Source: a bacterium (GTDB lineage Bacteria; UBA8248). From it: a DNA stretch of 64,000 nucleotides. Of the stretch, positions 28,349 through 36,100 are shown one piece after another (position 1 is the stretch's first letter; each line of letters opens with the position of its first letter). The DNA lies in assembly GCA_963692865.2 (NCBI GenBank), contig OY843592.1, positions 160,001 through 224,000 of the forward strand, written 5' to 3'. Both the position numbers and the translations under genes were made by a program. The notes below the pieces were generated by a model that had not been told where the DNA came from, searched no databases, and was given only the letters and a program-made list of their open reading frames with translations.

Positions 28349-29467
28349 TCAGGTTGAGAGCGCTCCGGAAAGCACCATGAACACATAGGCCTTGGCTTGC
28401 CTGAGCCGATTTCCGGATATGACCAGCTTTATGTGGTGAATACCCCGCAGCAGTATAAATTGCCCGGATTTTGCGAAAAGCGTCGTCGGTTTCGAAACCC
28501 AGTCGGCAAGCGCCTCAATCTTCTCCGGAACAACAATCTCCTCATGGCGCAGGGCTTCCAGAAGGGGGAACCAATCGGTCAGGCCGTCGAGAAAATAACG
28601 TGAATCTTTCGTATATCTCCACTTGACGATGGGCGTCAGGCCGAGCGTCGGACCGACGCCCTCTTCCCGCACGTCGACGTTCGCTCCGGTCCTCACGACA
28701 TTCGCGCGTTCCCTGAAGCGCGTGAGCACGGAATCGACGGCCGATATGTCCCCCGGCCAACCGATATTCTCGAGATAAGAACAAATTTCCCCCTGCGATT
28801 TGAAGCCCATGACCGCCAGACGGGTCGTGCGTTCCCGAGACGGGAATACCCCGAACGAGTCCAGGCGCGTGTCTTCGGGCTGCGCCAGGTAAACCCGTTC
28901 GGCGCTTTCCCGTTCGGCGGCAATCTTTTCCCAGCCGAGGCAGGAGACGAGGGCTTCGACCACGATCCCTACGTCATTCTGGAGACCCGCGCCGCCGGAC
29001 AGCGTGCGTTCATTGGGCCGCAGGAACATTCCCGGCAGCGAATTTTTACCGCCCGGCGCAGAATCGATATCGTACTCCAGCATCAATTTGCGTCCCACGA
29101 TCTCCCGCAGAGGCGAGTTCGGCGCTTCCATTTCCCGGAACAGCCGCCTGACCGCTCTCGCCGTCTCATCCGTCTCGTCGGTCCGCGCCAGATCTTCGAA
29201 AAAATCGCCCGATCGGTTTCCGCTCGCCAGCGAGACGCCGAAATCCGCCGCCGGCCGAGCGTCATGCAGAGGCAGTTCGAAACCGAACGGCTGGGCGCCC
29301 ATGGTTACGGGAAGCCGGCTCGCGCGTTCGAGTATGCGCTCCCACTCCCGATCTCCGATAAGACTTGGAGAAATCCTGTTTCGAAAGCGCCCGAGCAATT
29401 CAGCCATCGCGCCGCCCTCTTGGACGAGACGGTCCTGGGTAAGCGCGACTGCTTCGTCGATATCCAT
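28349..29467 (-). CDS. RiPP-associated protein, putative ABBA-fold prenyltransferase
   Basis: FGFEL....ADFGV, LEYD, IGWPG and terminal HHIKL...AKAYV; the ORF is solid but the function is inferred. Confidence 0.5.
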   Translation of the reverse strand: MDIDEAVALTQDRLVQEGGAMAELLGRFRNRISPSLIGDREWERILERASRLPVTMGAQPFGFELPLHDARPAADFGVSLASGNRSGDFFEDLARTDETDETARAVRRLFREMEAPNSPLREIVGRKLMLEYDIDSAPGGKNSLPGMFLRPNERTLSGGAGLQNDVGIVVEALVSCLGWEKIAAERESAERVYLAQPEDTRLDSFGVFPSRERTTRLAVMGFKSQGEICSYLENIGWPGDISAVDSVLTRFRERANVVRTGANVDVREEGVGPTLGLTPIVKWRYTKDSRYFLDGLTDWFPLLEALRHEEIVVPEKIEALADWVSKPTTLFAKSGQFILLRGIHHIKLVISGNRLRQAKAYVFMVLSGALST

Positions 29468-29476
29468 ATCGCCTCC

Positions 29477-31795
29477 TTACGCGATCACGGGCGCGGGATT
29501 CAGATCGGCTTCGGCCAGGGGGCGCCTGCGGCGGCCCATGTCGACAGGCGCGTCATACAAGCGCCCAGGCGCGAATCTCGCCCAGAAATGGCGCATGCCC
29601 GGCACGATGACCCGCGCAACCGGCATGCCGATGTCCGGCCGCGTCTGGTCCAGCGCGAGGAACTCCATGCCCCTGGCTTCCACCAACCCCCGGCAATGCT
29701 CCACGTCGTCGCGCGTGTCCTCGGTTTCGATTACCGGATACTGTGAGCATTTCTTGAGCGGCGCGTCCGGCGCCGGGGCCAGCCAGGAACAATCGGCGAT
29801 TCGAGCCGTTTTCCACCATTCGAGCGCCAGCGGATCGTCGATCATGGGCCGGCCGCCGCCCCCTCCGGGTCTCGGCAGCCAGGTAAGGCACTGGTTCAGC
29901 TCGCAAACCGCGCGCAGGGCCGCCAGACGCGGGTCGGCATGGGCGCCCGCGCCGTAAATGATGTCCTCGGTTTCCGCGTCCGGCCTGCGCGAGAGCGCAA
30001 CGAACGCGGGAATGCCGATATCGGAAGTAACGTCGAGCATCCACACTTCCCGCTCGCAGCGGCCGTAATAATCCGCGGCCGTTGCGAGGAATTCGTCGTC
30101 AAAGCTTAAAAGATCGACCCCGGGCGCCCTCAGTCCGTTATACCACCAGATGGCGAACGCATCGCGCTCGACCAGTTCATAGAAGCCTTGCAGGATGGCC
30201 TCCTCCAGAGTGTTCCCGGCGGCGCAGCCGTTGGAGTCGGCAATCAGATCGGCGGCTCCGCGCTGTTCGGCGGACATGCCGTAGAGCATCGACGTCGGCA
30301 GATACCGATGCCGCCGCTGCGTGAACGACCACACGGGGGTCCAGTCGATTTCGGCGTCGGGAGCAAGACGCGGCGGGACGACGTTGTACGGGTGGCCTTT
30401 CGCGTTGATGCTTTCCGCGTTGTCGAGCTGATCCTCGCTGAACAGCTGCGCATCGTTGGGATGGATCGCCTCGTCTTCCGCGGCGAAGTCGATGAACCGC
30501 CTGCGGGTGCGTATCTCGTCTCCGCACCAGGCGCCCGAATAACGCTCTATCGCCTCGCAGAGGGCGCTGGCCTCGGATTGTTCACGCGTGCTGCCCTTGC
30601 CGGCGCTCTTGCTGCGCAGGCTGCGCCTGAGCGAACTCAGGCTCCGGCTTCTCGCGGCGAGATTGCTCCCGGCCCAATAGACGTGCAGCCAGGAGTCGTT
30701 CTCGTCGGTCGTGCGCGTGAGCCAGGTCACGACGCCGCTGATCGGGCTCACCAGGTGGTGGTATTTCGCCAGGGTGGCTTCCGGCGTCACGGCCCGCGCG
30801 CCGCCGCTGTTGCGATGGGCTTTGGGGCTCGCTTTCAGACGCAGCGGCGACGGCGATCGATCCGGCCGGTAGAGCGCCTCGTCGCCACAGGCCGGGCACT
30901 GCGGCCGGCGCGTCACCAGGTGCTGCGAACTCGCAAACGCGCCGACGTTCATCGCCATCGCCCGCTCGTGAATCGGGGCCGCCTCGTCCAGCGCCAGCCA
31001 TTTGACGATCTCGGCCGCGATCAACCCGTACAGCGACTCCAGCACTGCGGGCTCGGCGGCGAACGGCTTGAAGGCGGCTTCCTCGCCGGCGAAGCTGCGC
31101 AGGAAATTGTGGACCTCCTTATGGCTGCGCAGACGGTTCGCCAGGCATTCCCAGCAGGGTCCTTGCCCGTCCGCGCGAAAGACGGGGCCGAACAGCGCCT
31201 CCATGCCGCGCGGACGCACCAGAGTCCACGGTGCTTTCGCCTCGAGCCTGCGCCGGTTCACCTCTGCAAACCGCGCTTCGAGATAATCCTCGCAGACGAT
31301 GACGGTGAGCTTCGGATCGCCGGCCGTCACACCGACGCCGCTCTCTTCCAGATGCCGGACGAAGCGGCCGTCGTCGCCTTCGACGGCGACCCGTGCCTGC
31401 GCCAGCCGCCCTTCGACCCAGCGGGGCGACGCGCCGAGCGACGACCAGTAGGCCGCCCGGCGCCGGTCCATGCCGTGGTCGGCGGAGACGACGTAGCCCC
31501 TGGCGGAGAGCGAAACAATCGCCGCGTGAACGTCGGCGGCGGGGTGGCGTCCATCGAGGGCGGCGGCAATCCCGGCCAGCGGGCGCCGGTCGCCCAGAAG
31601 CGGCAGCAGATCGCCATACAGGCCGCCGTGCAGCAGGGTATCGAACGACTCGGAGACCAGCAGGGTCTGCCGCTCGCCGATTTCTTGGAACTGCAGGTGC
31701 GGGGTGAGCGCGGGGAACTCGACGAGGCCCCGGTCCGCAGGGGTCGTTCTCGTCAATATCCCGCGCCGGGGATTCGTTTTCGGCTGGGTTGACAT
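29477..31795 (-). CDS. Fused leader-binding (E1-like) / YcaO cyclodehydratase (SrpC-like)
   Basis: GP.F....GPCWECL, RRPQCPACG, GKG, EAIERY, SNGCAAGNTLEEAILQGFYELVERDA, Pro-rich C-terminus LNPAPVIA. Confidence 0.93.
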   Translation of the reverse strand: MSTQPKTNPRRGILTRTTPADRGLVEFPALTPHLQFQEIGERQTLLVSESFDTLLHGGLYGDLLPLLGDRRPLAGIAAALDGRHPAADVHAAIVSLSARGYVVSADHGMDRRRAAYWSSLGASPRWVEGRLAQARVAVEGDDGRFVRHLEESGVGVTAGDPKLTVIVCEDYLEARFAEVNRRRLEAKAPWTLVRPRGMEALFGPVFRADGQGPCWECLANRLRSHKEVHNFLRSFAGEEAAFKPFAAEPAVLESLYGLIAAEIVKWLALDEAAPIHERAMAMNVGAFASSQHLVTRRPQCPACGDEALYRPDRSPSPLRLKASPKAHRNSGGARAVTPEATLAKYHHLVSPISGVVTWLTRTTDENDSWLHVYWAGSNLAARSRSLSSLRRSLRSKSAGKGSTREQSEASALCEAIERYSGAWCGDEIRTRRRFIDFAAEDEAIHPNDAQLFSEDQLDNAESINAKGHPYNVVPPRLAPDAEIDWTPVWSFTQRRHRYLPTSMLYGMSAEQRGAADLIADSNGCAAGNTLEEAILQGFYELVERDAFAIWWYNGLRAPGVDLLSFDDEFLATAADYYGRCEREVWMLDVTSDIGIPAFVALSRRPDAETEDIIYGAGAHADPRLAALRAVCELNQCLTWLPRPGGGGGRPMIDDPLALEWWKTARIADCSWLAPAPDAPLKKCSQYPVIETEDTRDDVEHCRGLVEARGMEFLALDQTRPDIGMPVARVIVPGMRHFWARFAPGRLYDAPVDMGRRRRPLAEADLNPAPVIA

Positions 31796-31828
31796 CCGGG
31801 AATCCTGCGTCTGCTCGGTCGGCGCCTT

Positions 31829-34225
31829 TTAGGTGCGCGAAACGAGCGTATCGATCGAGGCGGCGGCGCTGGATGCGGTTTCGGCGACCGCCGACGCCAG
31901 CGCATCGAAATCCTCCTGTCCGCAAGCGTTCGCAACGAGAGATTTGGCCTTCGTCCCCGCCGCCGCCGCGTCGAATCCTTCCTCGCCGACGAGGCGCATG
32001 ACGCCCTGCAAATCCCGCCACGCGGCCGCAGCCTGCGCCAGCGGCTCGGCGCCGGCCGCTTCGAACACCGCCGCAGCGCTCGGCGCCGGGTCGTCGAGGC
32101 AGCTTCCGCCGCGCGACAACTGCAGGTAGCGCGCGGCCTTCTCGACGTCGTTCAGCCCGCCGCGCATCCGGGCGTACGCGGACACGTCCGCTTCGGCGGG
32201 GTCTTCCGTCCGCTCGCTCAAGCGGGCGAGCAAGGACTCGTTCGCGCCGCATTCGGCCAGTATCTCGCGCCGCGCCTCCTCGAAGCGGCCGGCGATATCG
32301 GAACCTTCATACTCGAACGCGCAGCGCGCCCTGGTGAGGAGGGGGACTTCGCCCGGAGCCGGATTTCCGAAACGCCCGGCCAGTTCTGAAAGCGGCAAAG
32401 CCTGAATGGAATTCGAGCCGGGCGGGACCGGGGAGAACAGCAGACTGTCCTTTGCCAGGTCGGCCAGGGCCTCCTGGAAACTCAAGCACATTTGCTCATT
32501 CTTGCCGGACTGCCGGCCGTCGTGGAGGATCAGCATTTCAATTCCAACGCCGGGATATGCTTCTCTACTTGCCAGATCGCCCAGCAAAACGGCGGCGACG
32601 CCACCCACGCTCAGCATCCCGAAGCGGTCGACGTAATCCGCGACCACGGAGGCGAGCACGGTCGAAATCGATGCTTCGGCGAGATTCGAGAGCGCCGTTC
32701 TCGCTTCCGCCGGTAGCAGGTTCCCGCGCACCACGTGCATACTGATCTGAAACGCCTTGTCGTTCGACCAGTTTCGCACGATTTCGGCGGTTTCCCTCGA
32801 ATCGGCCACCGGCAATTCGGCGACAAGCTCCTTCATTTCCTGAACGCCCATTTCGTACGTCCAGTAAACCCTCGCGAGCCCGCGCCGCGCAATCGATTCG
32901 TATTCATCATCCGGGCCGAACCCTTTCGGGAGGTCGAGATCGAGGAATTCCTGATCCTGCAGGTTATCGAGAAGTTCCGGGTTCCGTTCAATACATTTCG
33001 CAAGCCGAGGGGCGGCGCCGAAGATTTCGAGTATCGCGTCGAAGGCGTCGGGCCGCGCCGCGGCGATCGGACTGTCGTAGGGGCTCCAGTCGTCGATCTC
33101 CGGGTAGAAATGCTCGCGCCACTGGTCCACCAGCGGGTCCATCTTCTCGAACCAGCGCTTGGGCCGCAGCACGATGTTCATCATATCGGCGTAGGTTCCC
33201 GGCAGTTCCGGCGACTCGTCGAGGCCGCTGACCTGCAGCAGGGGATACTGGCGGGAAGCCACCGCGTGATGATCCGCATGACGCTGCATGTTGAAAAACA
33301 TCCAGTTGCTGAACTTCCAGTCGGCGCTCCAGGAATGGCGCGGCATCGCCTTCTCCCAGCGGCCGTTGTCCAGGCGGACCCGGCGCAGGCCGTAGTGCTG
33401 AAAGTAGTTGCTCATCTTCATCGAAAAGACGCAGGACAGGCCGAGGAAGACGAAGACCGGAACGGCCCAGATCCCGCCCATCCAGAAAACCAGTCCGCAC
33501 CAGAACGCGACGCCTACCGCGTAGCGCCAGAACGGATTGTCGTAATGCCACACGGGCAGACGGCGCCGCGTCAGGCGTTCTATGGCGACTTCCCAGGAAT
33601 GGACGAGGTTGCTGGCAACTTCCTTCGGGAAATATTTCCAGAAACTCTCCCCCTTCGGAGCGGACCCCACGTCATACGGCGTGCCGACCAGGGCATGGTG
33701 AATATAGACGTGTTCCGTGGCGTACTGCGGATAGGAGACGGAGGCGAGCAGGAATTCGCCGACCCGGCGTTCCCAGGTCGTGCGCCGATGAATCATTTCA
33801 TGGCCGACGACGAATACGGCTTGCGCTTCCATCGTCAATATGATCGCCAGGAGCGCGCCTTCCCAGATGGAGAATTGATCCGCCGCCAGGATTTGCCACA
33901 TGCCGAAAACGAGCGTCGGCGGCCACAGAAACGACCACGACCAGACCGGCAGGTTGTGCCAGAAGAGGCGGTGTTCCGGCGTATTCGAAGGGTCCATGTT
34001 TTGTCCGTCCCGACCCAGCGCCCGATCAAGATACCCCGCCAAACTCATGAAGACGAGCGGCGGCAACAACCACCAGCCTCCATAGAGCGCGCCGAGAAGA
34101 ATCAACGGAAAAACGGCCAACGGCAGATAATGCGGAAGAGCGGTCAGAATGGACGGCTCGATACGCCGAGTGGCCTCAGCGCCGCCTGGGCCGGAGCCAC
34201 CACTTGCAACCGGACTCTGTGGCAT
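31829..34225 (-). CDS. AlkB-type membrane di-iron hydroxylase fused to a degenerate GlnE-like nucleotidyltransferase module
   Basis: His boxes HEMIH, EHVYIHH, NYFQHYGL, QRHADHH; C-terminal ALSNLAEA, LGDLASRE and RGGLNDVE resemble GlnE. Confidence 0.8.
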   Translation of the reverse strand: MPQSPVASGGSGPGGAEATRRIEPSILTALPHYLPLAVFPLILLGALYGGWWLLPPLVFMSLAGYLDRALGRDGQNMDPSNTPEHRLFWHNLPVWSWSFLWPPTLVFGMWQILAADQFSIWEGALLAIILTMEAQAVFVVGHEMIHRRTTWERRVGEFLLASVSYPQYATEHVYIHHALVGTPYDVGSAPKGESFWKYFPKEVASNLVHSWEVAIERLTRRRLPVWHYDNPFWRYAVGVAFWCGLVFWMGGIWAVPVFVFLGLSCVFSMKMSNYFQHYGLRRVRLDNGRWEKAMPRHSWSADWKFSNWMFFNMQRHADHHAVASRQYPLLQVSGLDESPELPGTYADMMNIVLRPKRWFEKMDPLVDQWREHFYPEIDDWSPYDSPIAAARPDAFDAILEIFGAAPRLAKCIERNPELLDNLQDQEFLDLDLPKGFGPDDEYESIARRGLARVYWTYEMGVQEMKELVAELPVADSRETAEIVRNWSNDKAFQISMHVVRGNLLPAEARTALSNLAEASISTVLASVVADYVDRFGMLSVGGVAAVLLGDLASREAYPGVGIEMLILHDGRQSGKNEQMCLSFQEALADLAKDSLLFSPVPPGSNSIQALPLSELAGRFGNPAPGEVPLLTRARCAFEYEGSDIAGRFEEARREILAECGANESLLARLSERTEDPAEADVSAYARMRGGLNDVEKAARYLQLSRGGSCLDDPAPSAAAVFEAAGAEPLAQAAAAWRDLQGVMRLVGEEGFDAAAAGTKAKSLVANACGQEDFDALASAVAETASSAAASIDTLVSRT

Positions 34226-34305
34226 GTCAGCTCCTCAACGGTAAGCAGAATTGAACCCTTGGGCCGGGGCTATTTTATCCCCGAATTCCTTGACCTGCAA
34301 GGATT

Positions 34306-35604
34306 TCAGGACTGCAAGACGGCGAGGAGACGCACGAGGGCTTCGATACAAAACGCAGTGGTCACGGATTCGGAGCCATGTCCTATCTGTCCGAATGCGC
34401 CCCACTTCAGCGTTTGATCTCCGAACGCGAGAAGTTCCGGCCAGCTGCCGTCCTCGTGCTGCGAACCCGTGAACCTTTCCACCCGGCGTTTCGCGTCGAC
34501 CCCGTCGAGGCGCCCGGCAAGATGAAGCGCCGAGACGGCCTGAGCCGTTTGAAGGATGTTGCCGAACCCCCCCTCGTCGTCCTGTAAGTCCAGGATGCGA
34601 GCCGCAAATACCGGGCGCAGCCGGTCGAGGGCGGGCCGCGCGCGGACCATGGCGCGGGCGGTTGCATAGCAGATCGCGGCCTCGTCGGGATACCATTTGG
34701 AGGAGCCCTCGAGTTTGCCTTCGGTTATCAAGGCTTCCAGCCATCGTTGGGCATCCCTGGTTTCAGGATGGTCGCCGAGATAGGCGATGACGTTCGCATT
34801 GACTACGGGGTCGGCCTCGATGCGAAAGCGCGACACGACGTCGGGTTCGTCGTCCTCCAGAACCCAGGTCATGAAACGGCCTTCCTCGTCGCGGTTCGCC
34901 AGTATCCGCGGAACGTTCCTCCCCAGCAGAATCCAGGGGTGAGTCCCGATCACGAGTGAACACAGCGCGGTGCTGTCGAGATCCCGGGGCAGGTGCCGGT
35001 AGTAGCGCCACAATCCGGGATATTCGATGGTGTCGACGAGATACGCCCTGGTCGCGGCGCAGATGGCCCTGGCGCGCGCTTCCCCGCAGCATTCCAGGGC
35101 AAGGGCGCAGAAAGCCGATATGAAGGGAGGTTTTTCGAAATGCCGTGGTATGTCCGGATTGCCTACGTTGAACCGGATGCAGCGCCAGGCGCCGTTCTCG
35201 TCTATGGTGGATTCCAGGAAATCGAGACCGCGGCGGATGCTTTCTCTCCCCGCATTTACGAATGCTTCCGTGGCGGCGTTCTTCGGGACTCTCTCCCCTC
35301 GAGGCGCGGGCGGACGAAGGGGCGGCGCCGGAGCGTGCATGGTCTTGCGAAGAAACTCGATAGATTCCGCACCGGTTTTCGCCTCCTCCCGTTCCGCCCT
35401 GGTGAATTTGCTGCGAGGCGGAAGGACGACGTGCGTCGATTCATAGGTTTCTTCGTGGACGTGAATCTCATGGCCTTCGGCCATCGTCACGCCGAATTCC
35501 TCTTCGATGGTCTCTTCGGGTTTGGCGAGAAGACGTTCGCGAAAGTCGTGGTCGTCGCCGGCTCGCGATACGAGGAAATCGGCCAGGCCAAAGGGTTTCT
35601 TCAT
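34306..35604 (-). CDS. NHLP-leader-like domain fused to a prenyltransferase/squalene-cyclase-repeat (class II terpene cyclase-like) domain
   Basis: N-terminal D.DFRERLLAKP...VHEE....HVVLPP; DLDSTA (DxDD-like); QW-like repeats QDDEGGF and QHEDGSW. Confidence 0.78.
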   Translation of the reverse strand: MKKPFGLADFLVSRAGDDHDFRERLLAKPEETIEEEFGVTMAEGHEIHVHEETYESTHVVLPPRSKFTRAEREEAKTGAESIEFLRKTMHAPAPPLRPPAPRGERVPKNAATEAFVNAGRESIRRGLDFLESTIDENGAWRCIRFNVGNPDIPRHFEKPPFISAFCALALECCGEARARAICAATRAYLVDTIEYPGLWRYYRHLPRDLDSTALCSLVIGTHPWILLGRNVPRILANRDEEGRFMTWVLEDDEPDVVSRFRIEADPVVNANVIAYLGDHPETRDAQRWLEALITEGKLEGSSKWYPDEAAICYATARAMVRARPALDRLRPVFAARILDLQDDEGGFGNILQTAQAVSALHLAGRLDGVDAKRRVERFTGSQHEDGSWPELLAFGDQTLKWGAFGQIGHGSESVTTAFCIEALVRLLAVLQS

Positions 35605-35621
35605 CGATGTCCGCTCCATTT

Positions 35622-36036
35622 GGGGCTGTTGAAAAACCCGCCCCGCTCGTCATTCCACCGCCCTGAAAACCACCCCCCCCTACCCCCCCTTGTCAGGGGT
35701 CAAAACCGACCGAAGAGGGAGGTTTTGCAAGACGATGTGTTTCTCGTCAATGGCTTATGCAAACGCTCGTTCATCGGGGTTGTTGAAAAACCTGTCCCTC
35801 TCGGATCAACCACGTTTTACCCGTAGGGGCCGCATATCATGCGGCCCGGCCTTTTCGCCTTCACAATACGGGTCGCATGATATGCGACCCCTACAATAGA
35901 AACGACTATGACGGCAGTGGTCAATCCGAACGGGGAGGGGTTTTTCAACAACCCCTCCTCACTCGCGTTTGACCCCTGGCAAGGGGGGGTAGGGGGGGGT
36001 TGCCTTTACCCTCTCAGGGGCTTTTTCAACAACCCC
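35622..36036. mobile_element. Nested MITE-like elements (outer 35622-36036, inner 35776-35955)
   Basis: Outer ends GGGGCTGTTGAAAAA / TTTTTCAACAACCCC with exact CATTT on both sides; inner ends flanked by TCATC/TCCTC and enclosing a GTAG-REP pair at 35823-35894. Confidence 0.82.
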
Positions 36037-36100
36037 CATTTTCGCGTGTCCCGGCCGAACGCGCACTTTCCGCCGCCAGGTTGCCGTCTGCATGTTCGGA

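Noticed and set aside
31829-33030. Functional glnE gene
   Set aside because: Only one degenerate module with the DxD lost, fused in frame to AlkB
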